DNA of 64,000 nucleotides from an uncultured Collinsella sp. (GTDB lineage Bacteria; Actinomycetota; Coriobacteriia; Coriobacteriales; Coriobacteriaceae): NCBI GenBank assembly GCA_902494815.1, contig CABUVB010000001.1, positions 504 to 64,503 of the forward strand, read 5' to 3'. Shown piece by piece: positions 36,185 to 46,788 of this stretch (position 1 is its first letter; each line of letters starts with the position of its first letter). The notes under the pieces were generated by a model. It saw only the letters and a program-made list of their open reading frames with translations, ran no database searches and was not told where the DNA came from. The position numbers and the translations under genes were made by a program.

Positions 36185-37522
36185 ATGAACCAGCAGAACA
36201 TCGATTACGTACTCCGCTCCGTAGAGCAGCGTGACATCCGCTTTGTGCGTCTGTGGTTTGTCGACATTCTCGGCCGCCTCAAGAACTTTGCCATTAGCCC
36301 CGAGGACCTCGAGGTCGCTTTTGAGGAGGGTATTGGCTTTGACGGCTCCGCCATCGAGGGCTTTGCCACGCCCGAGGAAGCCGACATGCTGGCGTTTCCC
36401 GATGCTTCGACCTTCCAGATTCTGCCGTGGCGCCCGAGCCACAACGGCGTCGCCCGCGTGTTCTGCGACGTGTGCACTCCCGATCGCAAGCCGTTTGCCG
36501 GCGACCCGCGCGACGCCCTGCGCCGCATGTTCTATAAGGCCGAGAAGGCCGGCTACCTGCTCAACGTGGGCGCCGAGCTGGAGTATTACTACTTCCCCGA
36601 CGAGCATACCCCCGAGCCGCTCGACAACGTGGGCTACTTCGATCTTTCGGTAAGCGATGCCGCCCGCGACCTGCGCCGCAACACGGTCCTCACGCTCGAG
36701 AAGATGTCCGTGCCCGTGGAGTACACCTTCCATGCCGCCGGCCGCTCGCAGCACGGCATGAGCCTGCGCCACGCCGAGGCCCTGAGCATGTCCGACGCCA
36801 TCACCACGGCCAAACTCATCATTAAGCAGCAGGCCTACGAGAGCGGTTGCCACGCATCCTTTATGCCCAAGCCGTTGGCAGGCGAGGACGGCAGCGCCAT
36901 GTTCCTGTGCCAGTCGCTATTCGACCACGACGGCAACAACGTCTTTTGGGGCGAGGACGACGAGAAGTACCATCTCTCCGATATCGCCAAGCACTACATG
37001 GCCGGCATCCTGGCGCACGCGCGCGAGATCAGCGCCATCACCAACCCCACGGTCAACTCGTACAAGCGCATCACCACGGGCGGCGAATCCGTGCCGCAGT
37101 ACGCCACGTGGGGCCTGCGCAACCGCGCGAGCATGGTCCGCATTCCGGTCTACAAGCCCGGCAAGCAGCTGTCTACGCGCATCGAGCTTCGCAGCCCCGA
37201 CCCCATGGCCAACCCGTACCTGGTCAACGCCGTCACGCTGGCGGCTGGTCTGGACGGCATCGAGCGCAAGCTGGAGCTCCCGCCCGAGGCAACGGCTGAG
37301 ACGCTCAAGCTTACCGACCGTCAGATGGTCGAGGCCGGCTACACGCCGCTGCCGCGCTCGCTCAAAGAGGCGCTCGACGTGTTTGAGGACTCGCAGTTTA
37401 TGAAGGATGCCCTCGGCGAGCACATCCACAGCTTCTTCCTCAAAAAGAAGCGCGACGAGTGGCATAAGTTTGAGTCTACGATCACCGAGTGGGAGATCAA
37501 GCACTACCTGGCGAACTCCTAA
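36185..37522 (+). CDS. Glutamine synthetase type I-like protein with degenerate metal ligands
   Basis: FDGSAIEGF, GDPR, ELEYY, FMPKP, NSYKR, NR..MVRIP, RIELRSPDP retained; HHEV..QHE reads FHAA..QHG and GSGMH reads GSAMF. Confidence 0.9.
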   Translation: MNQQNIDYVLRSVEQRDIRFVRLWFVDILGRLKNFAISPEDLEVAFEEGIGFDGSAIEGFATPEEADMLAFPDASTFQILPWRPSHNGVARVFCDVCTPDRKPFAGDPRDALRRMFYKAEKAGYLLNVGAELEYYYFPDEHTPEPLDNVGYFDLSVSDAARDLRRNTVLTLEKMSVPVEYTFHAAGRSQHGMSLRHAEALSMSDAITTAKLIIKQQAYESGCHASFMPKPLAGEDGSAMFLCQSLFDHDGNNVFWGEDDEKYHLSDIAKHYMAGILAHAREISAITNPTVNSYKRITTGGESVPQYATWGLRNRASMVRIPVYKPGKQLSTRIELRSPDPMANPYLVNAVTLAAGLDGIERKLELPPEATAETLKLTDRQMVEAGYTPLPRSLKEALDVFEDSQFMKDALGEHIHSFFLKKKRDEWHKFESTITEWEIKHYLANS

Positions 37523-37572
37523 TCGCGCTGACTTGTTCCAGTACGATTGAGCTCATTTCCTTGGAGGCCGAT

Positions 37573-38235
37573 ATGTCCGAAAAGAGTGCCCTGTTCATGG
37601 CGCGCACGACGCGCTTCCACGAGTTTGCCCGCAGCTTGACGACCACCCTGGGTGTCGAGGTGAGCCTGGCAACTCCCGATTCGCCGACCGCGGCGCACGA
37701 CTTTGACCTGCTGATCCTCGATTCCGATGGCATCCGCAGCGACCGCATCGATCAGATTGCCAAGTGGCTTGACGATCGCGGCGGCGTCCCCATGTTGGTG
37801 ATCGTCGACGACGAGGCGCTCGGCACCCTGCGCCTGCCCAATCACGCGCATGCCGACTTTGTATGCCCCACGGCGACGCCCAACGAGCTTAAGGCTCGTG
37901 CGCAGCGCCTGATGGGCGAGGAGGAGACCGTCGCCGCCGACGATGTGCTCAACATCGATAACCTCGAGATCAACTTGGCCACCTACCAGGTGACGCTCGA
38001 TAACGAGCCTATCGACCTGACGCTGATGGAGTACTCGCTGCTGAGCTTTTTGGCGACGCACCCCAACCGCGCCTACAGCCGCGAGGTGCTGCTGCACCGC
38101 GTATGGGGCTTTGAGTACTGCGGCGGCACGCGCACCGTCGACGTGCACATTCGACGCATCCGCTCCAAGGTGGGTCCGCAGATCGCGGCGCACATCACCA
38201 CCGTCCGCGGCGTGGGCTATCTGTTTAAGGACTAG
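37573..38235 (+). CDS. Orphan OmpR-family regulator with atypical receiver (actinobacterial GlnR-like)
   Basis: wHTH LTLMEYSLLSFL, SREVLL.RVWG, GGTRTVDVHIRRIRSK, TVRGVGY; no kinase nearby; follows the GS-like gene. Confidence 0.8.
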   Translation: MSEKSALFMARTTRFHEFARSLTTTLGVEVSLATPDSPTAAHDFDLLILDSDGIRSDRIDQIAKWLDDRGGVPMLVIVDDEALGTLRLPNHAHADFVCPTATPNELKARAQRLMGEEETVAADDVLNIDNLEINLATYQVTLDNEPIDLTLMEYSLLSFLATHPNRAYSREVLLHRVWGFEYCGGTRTVDVHIRRIRSKVGPQIAAHITTVRGVGYLFKD

Positions 38236-38239
38236 ATTT

Positions 38240-38272
38240 CCACCACAAAGGGGACAGGCACTTTTGTGGTGG
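38240..38272. repeat. REP-like hairpin, family C, copy 1
   Basis: CCACCACAAAG-GGGACAGGCAC-TTTTGTGGTGG; similar copies at 54426, 56011, 56974. Confidence 0.8.
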
Positions 38273-38443
38273 TTTTGACGCAGGTACGGATTCCTTTCGG
38301 GTCTGCGGCAGAACTTAAGCCTTCCTAAAAGATTGCGTTCTCATACACTTGCGCCCGCATATTGGGGTACAACTCAACGTGAACAATGATGGCCCGCCAC
38401 ATGTTTGGCGGGCCTTTGGTTATTTGACGAAAGGATCGCAGCC

Positions 38444-39904
38444 ATGAGCGAGTACGATTCCCAGCGTCCCCAGGATGCGGGCAACGCCGGCGAGACCCAG
38501 CAGCAGCCGCGTGTGCAGGTGGAGTCGACGCCTGCCGGCAGTAACATTCCCTACGTGCAGGCCTACGACACGCAGACCGGCAAGCCGCTGGGTGGCCAGC
38601 AGGTCGTGAACAAGCACACGGTGGTCAAGACCAAGACCAAAAAGCTGCCGATCTTTATTACGGCGCTCGCCGGCTGCGCCTGCGGTGCCCTGCTGGTCAT
38701 CGCGCTTATCATGAGCGGCACGCTCAACATTGGCGGCGGCAAGAACGCCGTGACGGCGGGCGCTTCGGGCTCATCGACGCAAAAGATTACGATTGATTCC
38801 GAGGACACCACGTTGGCCGAGGCCGTTTCTGCCAAGGCCCTGCCCTCCGTCGTTTCCATTACCGCCACTTCGAGCGGTAGCCAGAATGGCTCGCTTTCGC
38901 AGTCTGCCGACGAGTCGGACAGCTCGGGCAGCGTCGGTTCGGGCGTGGTGCTCGATACCGAGGGCCACATCCTCACCAACAACCACGTGGTCGATGGCTA
39001 TGACCAGTACGTGGTTACCATGGACGACGGCACCACCTACGAGGCCGAGTTCGTGGGCAACGACGCCTCGAGCGACCTGGCCGTCATCAAGCTCAAGGAC
39101 GCCGACGCCTCCAAGCTCACGCCGATCGAGATCGGTGATTCCTCCAAGCTCAACGTGGGCGAGTGGGTCATGGCGATCGGCTCGCCGTTCGGCAACGAGC
39201 AGTCTGTCTCCACGGGCATTGTGTCGGCGCTGTATCGCTCCACGGCCATGAGCTCTACCAGCGGCAACACCATCTACGCCAACATGATCCAGACCGATGC
39301 CGCCATCAACCCGGGCAACTCCGGTGGCGCACTCGTCAACGACAACGGCGAGCTCGTGGGTATTAACTCGCTTATCGAGAGCTATTCGGGCTCCAGCTCG
39401 GGCGTGGGCTTTGCCATTCCGGTTAACTACGCCAAGAACATTGCCGACCAGATTATCGACGGCAAGACGCCGGTGCATCCGTACATGGGCGCTACGCTTT
39501 CGAGCGTCAATGCGCTCAACGCCCGCACCAACAAGCTGAGCACCGATAGCGGCGCGTATGTGGCGAGCGTCGTCGAGGACGGTCCCGCCGCCAAGGCTGG
39601 CATCCAAGAGGGCGACGTCATCACCAAGCTGGGCGACGACGAAATCACGAGCGCCGATGGTCTGATCATCGCACTGCGCAGCCACGAGGTGGGCGAGAAG
39701 GTCGAGATCACGCTTATGCGCGGCAAGGAAGAGAAAAAGGTCACCGTCGAGCTGGGCTCCGACGAGGAGCTGCAGAACCAGCAGCAGGACGACAGTTCGA
39801 CCGACACCGGCAACGGCGGTATTACCGACGAGCAGCTGCGCCAGTACCTGGAGGAGCTGTTAGGCCAACGGGGCCAGGGTCAGGGCTACGGCCAGGGCTA
39901 CTAG
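38444..39904 (+). CDS. htrA: HtrA/DegP membrane-anchored serine protease with PDZ domain
   Basis: TM helix, LTNNHVV, DLAVIK, IQTDAAINPGNSGG, C-terminal PDZ. Confidence 0.95.
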   Translation: MSEYDSQRPQDAGNAGETQQQPRVQVESTPAGSNIPYVQAYDTQTGKPLGGQQVVNKHTVVKTKTKKLPIFITALAGCACGALLVIALIMSGTLNIGGGKNAVTAGASGSSTQKITIDSEDTTLAEAVSAKALPSVVSITATSSGSQNGSLSQSADESDSSGSVGSGVVLDTEGHILTNNHVVDGYDQYVVTMDDGTTYEAEFVGNDASSDLAVIKLKDADASKLTPIEIGDSSKLNVGEWVMAIGSPFGNEQSVSTGIVSALYRSTAMSSTSGNTIYANMIQTDAAINPGNSGGALVNDNGELVGINSLIESYSGSSSGVGFAIPVNYAKNIADQIIDGKTPVHPYMGATLSSVNALNARTNKLSTDSGAYVASVVEDGPAAKAGIQEGDVITKLGDDEITSADGLIIALRSHEVGEKVEITLMRGKEEKKVTVELGSDEELQNQQQDDSSTDTGNGGITDEQLRQYLEELLGQRGQGQGYGQGY

Positions 39905-39930
39905 CGAGCCGTTTCGCTCATACCGATGCC

Positions 39931-39969
39931 AGAGGGGCTGTCCCACCAACGCGGGACAGCCCCTCTTTT
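39931..39969 (+). terminator. Intrinsic terminator after htrA
   Basis: AGAGGGGCTGTCCC..GGGACAGCCCCTCT-TTT. Confidence 0.85.
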
Positions 39970-40040
39970 CTTATTGATCCGTTGGGGACGGAGGAAAACG
40001 GATCACTTGGGGCTGACAAGAGGCCTGGTTCGTAATGGTC

Positions 40041-40243
40041 TGGACAGTTAGTTCAGATACGTATAAATCTGGGGCAGCTTGGGATGCGTTTTGAGCAATT
40101 TTTGATTGGGATGGGGCTCGAATGGGTGTTTGGAAGGGAGAGCGGGACGTTTACATGGTCTCGAGGAGCCCAAATTAGTTGAAACAGGGGTGTTCGTGCC
40201 TGATTCAGCTCTAGGATTTATACGTATCTGAACTAACTGTCCA
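40041..40243. repeat. 203-bp MITE-like element with 29-bp perfect terminal inverted repeats
   Basis: TGGACAGTTAGTTCAGATACGTATAAATC 40041-40069 and its exact reverse complement 40215-40243; no ORF inside. Confidence 0.85.
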
Positions 40244-40279
40244 CCCCAGTCTGGCGGCTGCCGATTCGGTGCGGTTTGA

Positions 40280-42580
<2,301 letters not shown>

Positions 42581-42615
42581 TGATTTGTTGAGGAGCTGCG
42601 CAGAGGCTCAGTTCC

Positions 42616-43014
42616 TCAACATCTCCTTATAGTGTTTGCCTGTTCAATTTCGATATCGTTTCCCTCGTATGATCCAGATGCGTCTACCGACTCAAAGCGT
42701 GAGTAGGAAACTCTTGTCCCAACTTTGATTTGGGAAAGCTTGTCTTTGATTCGGCCAGATGAGGGGAATGTAATCCGGGTTTGCTTTCCAGCGTCGGTGT
42801 AGCGGGGACTGTTGTCTGTTTGGATTACGAGTTCCGTTCCCTCAATAGAATGAACGCTGCCGGCTCCAAAGACAAGGTAATCATCTCCTCCGCTATAGCG
42901 GGCTCTATCTGTGCATGAAGAAACGGATGCAAACATAGCGAAAATCACCAATATCGTAACCAGGGCAAAGGCCGTGGTGCCATAGCATTTTGATGGTGCC
43001 ATCCGGTCTACCAA
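42616..43014 (-). CDS. Small putative lipoprotein/membrane-anchored protein
   Basis: Hydrophobic N-terminus ending in VSSC, beta-rich mature part; overlaps the upstream gene stop; start may be 43002. Confidence 0.6.
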   Translation of the reverse strand: MVDRMAPSKCYGTTAFALVTILVIFAMFASVSSCTDRARYSGGDDYLVFGAGSVHSIEGTELVIQTDNSPRYTDAGKQTRITFPSSGRIKDKLSQIKVGTRVSYSRFESVDASGSYEGNDIEIEQANTIRRC

Positions 43015-44180
43015 AAGACTGTTCCGTTCAATTTGACCATATTGGGCGTTGCATAGTTAATCGCTCGGGGATAAGTGTTCCATCCGTCGAATACTTCGAG
43101 CCACTGCAGTTCGATGCCAGAGCTTCCATTATGCCCAGTAAAATAGCCAGTTACCGTGACTGTATGACCTGATAGCTCGACGGATCCTTCACTGTTTCGG
43201 CTGTTGATCCACATATGATACAAGCCGATATTCCCTTGATCGATAGTTGCTCTGTACTGAGCGAATTGAGGCTGATAACCGAAAAATTGAGTATTAAGTG
43301 CTCTACCCTTTTGAGCGGCAAGACTTTTAAACGGAACAATTCCATCTGGGATGATCGTGCTTCCGTACTCGACGCCCTGATCATTGGTCTTATACGTTGT
43401 TGTGCCAGTGACGTTCCATATTTCTTTATAATAATCGGGATTAAATTGATTAGCGTTTGAACTGGTGAGACCGTAATGCATTGATACAGCGTACAAGGCA
43501 GAAACGACGCATGCATACTTATTAGTGCGGGCTTCAACTAATGATTCCGAGACTCCTCGGAACGGTATTCCGTTTAAATCGTCTATTTGGAAATGCAACA
43601 TCAAGTCATCTTCATTGATAATGACTGCATTCCATGAAGTTGGGTTATTGCTTTGAGGTGCTATACCCTTTTCGGTGACAATCGGGACAGACCGTATATT
43701 GTTATAGTTGGTTACACAGTCTCTAGTTCCTGGCACCAAAGTTCCATATTCAATATCGTTGTACGAAATTAGTACGGTTGGGTTTGTGGCCTGTTGGCCG
43801 GAATAAGTTGAAATGGCGTTTGATAGAGAAGCTGAAATCGGAAGAATGGTATCGCCGAGGGTTATCTCCTTCAGAAGCCCAGGATATGATGCGTCAAGTA
43901 TTAAATAACCGTAAGGGCTTCCTTCCCTTGTGACACTGATTTCATAGCCACAGATAAGGCCGATTTGTTGGCATACGGGAACGATTTGCTCGATCTCTAA
44001 GTTCGCGGATCCGTCGACGATGGGCAACAGGGAAAGCGCGTAGTCTTGTGCTAGGTCTGATGTAAAAGCGACGGATGAGTTTGAGTCGGCAGCGAATACT
44101 CTTGTTGGGCGTGACGCGGATAAGCCGATGATCGAGGCTAGGCCGAGAAGAAACGAGCGACGTGATTGAACTCTGGGCAT
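43008..44180 (-). CDS. Tat-secreted protein with papain-like (C39/C47/C10-type) cysteine peptidase domain
   Basis: SRRSFLL twin-arginine signal with VFA-A cleavage; ACVVSAL, GHTVTVTGY, EVFDGW as Cys-His-Asp candidates; visibly low GC. Confidence 0.65.
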   Translation of the reverse strand: MPRVQSRRSFLLGLASIIGLSASRPTRVFAADSNSSVAFTSDLAQDYALSLLPIVDGSANLEIEQIVPVCQQIGLICGYEISVTREGSPYGYLILDASYPGLLKEITLGDTILPISASLSNAISTYSGQQATNPTVLISYNDIEYGTLVPGTRDCVTNYNNIRSVPIVTEKGIAPQSNNPTSWNAVIINEDDLMLHFQIDDLNGIPFRGVSESLVEARTNKYACVVSALYAVSMHYGLTSSNANQFNPDYYKEIWNVTGTTTYKTNDQGVEYGSTIIPDGIVPFKSLAAQKGRALNTQFFGYQPQFAQYRATIDQGNIGLYHMWINSRNSEGSVELSGHTVTVTGYFTGHNGSSGIELQWLEVFDGWNTYPRAINYATPNMVKLNGTVFW

Positions 44181-44288
44181 AATGTCTCCTGCCTATGGGG
44201 GGCAATATGCTGTCATTTTATTTGCTACATAATACAATCTAATTCGGATTAAGGTAAATGGATGGAATTGCTCGATAAATGGTAGTGA

Positions 44289-45128
44289 TTAGCGGACCGG
44301 TATCGCGATCCTCGTCACATACGCCCCTGGGTCGTCGCTGATGATGTCGTCGATGAGGGCGATTTCGCGCGAGGGACCGGCGGGGGACAGGTCGCGCTCG
44401 TGCATGTAATCGAGTAAGCGCTCATAGCGCGGGGCCGCCTGACCGTGCGTGCCGCGGAAGCTGACCGTCAGACACCGCGCGGCGGGACGTACTTCGACAT
44501 CGCCCAGGTAATCGTCCGTGTCATCGAGCAGCATAAAGACCTCGTCGTAGCCGTCAAAGTCGCCGGCGGCGAGGCGCACGGCGCTAATCCCGACGCCTAA
44601 GTTGCCCAGAAAGACAAAGGTCTCGTGCTGGCCCTTCTGCAGCTGACGAATCTGCCACTCCAGCGCATAGGCGTCGGTAGGCTTGACGCGTTCGCGCAAT
44701 ACGGCGCAGCGAAGCTCGGGCGCATCGATTGTGCAAATGGTATCGAGCTCGGTGTTCAGGGCATCGTGAAGCAGGGCAAGCCGGTTGTCGATCTTGCGCG
44801 ACACGCGCTCCAGCTCGCGGCGCTTGCGCTCGATGAGCTCCTGCTGCTGCGCCAGCTGCCGCTGCATGAGGTCCACATCGCGCGTGGTCACAAACTCACG
44901 GATTTGTGTGAGCGGCAAGTCGAGAACACGCAGATGACTGATGGTGTTGAGGGTGGAGAGCTGCCGCGATCCGTAGTAGCGGTATCCACTTGCCGGATCG
45001 ATGTGCGCCGGATCCAGCAAGCCCATCTGCTCGTAATGACGTAGCGTGCCCACGCTCAGGTTAAACAGGCGCGCAATCTCGCCAATGCGGAGCAGGCCCT
45101 CAGTATGTTCACTTGGCGTGTCGGTCAC
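44289..45128 (-). CDS. MerR-family regulator with GyrI-like effector domain (BmrR/BltR-like)
   Basis: IGEIARLFNLSVGTLRHYEQMGLL, SGYRYY; GTG 45128 after AAAGGAG. Confidence 0.92.
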   Translation of the reverse strand: MTDTPSEHTEGLLRIGEIARLFNLSVGTLRHYEQMGLLDPAHIDPASGYRYYGSRQLSTLNTISHLRVLDLPLTQIREFVTTRDVDLMQRQLAQQQELIERKRRELERVSRKIDNRLALLHDALNTELDTICTIDAPELRCAVLRERVKPTDAYALEWQIRQLQKGQHETFVFLGNLGVGISAVRLAAGDFDGYDEVFMLLDDTDDYLGDVEVRPAARCLTVSFRGTHGQAAPRYERLLDYMHERDLSPAGPSREIALIDDIISDDPGAYVTRIAIPVR

Positions 45129-45183
45129 AGGATCGCTCCTTTCGGTAAAAAGCAGGGGAGAGGTGCCAGCCTGTGTCGCCCCG

Positions 45184-46530
45184 CTACGCCACCAACTTGT
45201 CAAAAGCCCCGCGCCGGTTGAGCACGGTAAACGCGACAACACAGATGACCGCCGACAAAATCGATCCGCACGGCGAGGCGATGCCCATGGGAAACAACGT
45301 ATCGGAATAGGCGTTCGACAGCAGCCACGCGCCTGGCACGCGAATGAGCGCCACGGCCAGCACGTTGTGCGCAAAGCCGATATAGCTCTTGCCGTATGCA
45401 GCGAAAAAGCCGCTAAAGCAAATGTGGATGCCGGCAAAAATCGCGTCGAAAATATAACTGCGCATATAGCCGGTGCCGGCGGCGACCACCGCGGCGTCCT
45501 TGGCAAAAAAGCCAATAAACGCCGGTGCCACCAGCCACATCAGCGCCGTGATCAGGCAGCCGTACACCACCGAGATCGTCATGGCATCTTTGAGTACCTG
45601 ACGCGCGCGGTCACCCTTGCCCGCGCCGACGTTTTGCGCCGTGAGTGCGCTGACGGTGGCGCCCATGGAGCTCGGCACAATGAACAAGAAGCTGATCATC
45701 TTCTCGACCAGGCCCACGGCGGCGGCGTCGACCAAGCCGCGGTGGTTGGCGATGACGGTGATAAACATAAACGCCACCTGGATGCAGCCGTCCTGCACGG
45801 CCACGGGCACGCCGATCTTAAGAATACTGCCGAGCACCTCGGGCTGGGGGCGCAGGTCGCTGCGCTTAACGTGGATGTTCGTGCGGCGGCTCTTAAGCCA
45901 CACGAGCGCGAGGGCAACGCTGGCCGTCTGCGCGGTCACCGTGCCGAGTGCCGCGCCCACGGGGCCGAGCCCCATGTGCCCGATAAACAGAAAATCGAGC
46001 GCGATGTTGATGATGCATGCCACGCCGATCACGTACATAGGCGAGCGCGAATCGCCCAGCCCGCGAAAGATGGCCGAGAGGATGTTGTATGCGGCGATAA
46101 ACGGAATGCCGACAAAGCAGATGCGCAGGTAGGCGGCGGTTCCTTCGACCGCCTCGGCCGGCGTGCCAATGAGTGCGACGATTTGCGGGCACAGCGCGAG
46201 CAGGACAGCGGCCAGCACCACCGAGACGCCCATAAAGAGCGTGATGGTATTGCCGATGGCGGTCTCGGCGCGGTCGAAGCGGCGCGAGCCCACGGCGAGA
46301 CCGACGATCACCGTCGTTCCCATGGCCAGGCCCACGAGTGCCACGGTAATCATATAGAGCGTCTGAGCGCCATTTGCCACGGCGGTGATGCCGGCGGCGC
46401 CGCTAAACTGCCCCATCATGTACAGGTCGGCCATGCCGTAGAGCATCTGCAAAAAGTACGAGAGCATATAGGGCAGGGCAAAGACCGCGATGGTCTTAAG
46501 GACATTGCCGCGTGTGAGGTCGTGTTCCAT
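45184..46530 (-). CDS. MATE-family efflux transporter
   Basis: DLTRGNV, LQMLYGMAD, FRGLGDSRSP, NIALD, GAALGT; ~12 TM. Confidence 0.95.
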   Translation of the reverse strand: MEHDLTRGNVLKTIAVFALPYMLSYFLQMLYGMADLYMMGQFSGAAGITAVANGAQTLYMITVALVGLAMGTTVIVGLAVGSRRFDRAETAIGNTITLFMGVSVVLAAVLLALCPQIVALIGTPAEAVEGTAAYLRICFVGIPFIAAYNILSAIFRGLGDSRSPMYVIGVACIINIALDFLFIGHMGLGPVGAALGTVTAQTASVALALVWLKSRRTNIHVKRSDLRPQPEVLGSILKIGVPVAVQDGCIQVAFMFITVIANHRGLVDAAAVGLVEKMISFLFIVPSSMGATVSALTAQNVGAGKGDRARQVLKDAMTISVVYGCLITALMWLVAPAFIGFFAKDAAVVAAGTGYMRSYIFDAIFAGIHICFSGFFAAYGKSYIGFAHNVLAVALIRVPGAWLLSNAYSDTLFPMGIASPCGSILSAVICVVAFTVLNRRGAFDKLVA

Positions 46531-46570
46531 GGGCGGGGCTTTCTGGCTGGGTTCGTTTACGTACCAGTGT

Positions 46571-46601
46571 AGTGAAAACCCTACAACGATTGTAGAGTCA
46601 A
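46571..46601 (-). promoter_or_regulatory. MerR-type promoter/operator for MATE-merR
   Basis: Minus strand TTGACT, 19-bp spacer containing the dyad CTACAA-tcg-TTGTAG, weak -10 TTCACT. Confidence 0.7.
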
Positions 46602-46788
46602 GGTTTGTGTTGACGCCGAAGCGAAAAAGTCTCGCGCACCATTATTCCGAGTGAATATGGACACACATCACGAGAACTCGCCGCCGGCGCTAACCTTGCA
46701 GAAAACGATTTCGGAATACTTGACACCATTATTCGGCGCGCAATAATACGTGCATTTGCGAACAACGTTTGATGGGGGTTGAACCTGC

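Noticed and set aside
36185..37522. Plain glnA annotation
   Set aside because: Three metal-ligand positions appear substituted, so the symbol was withheld
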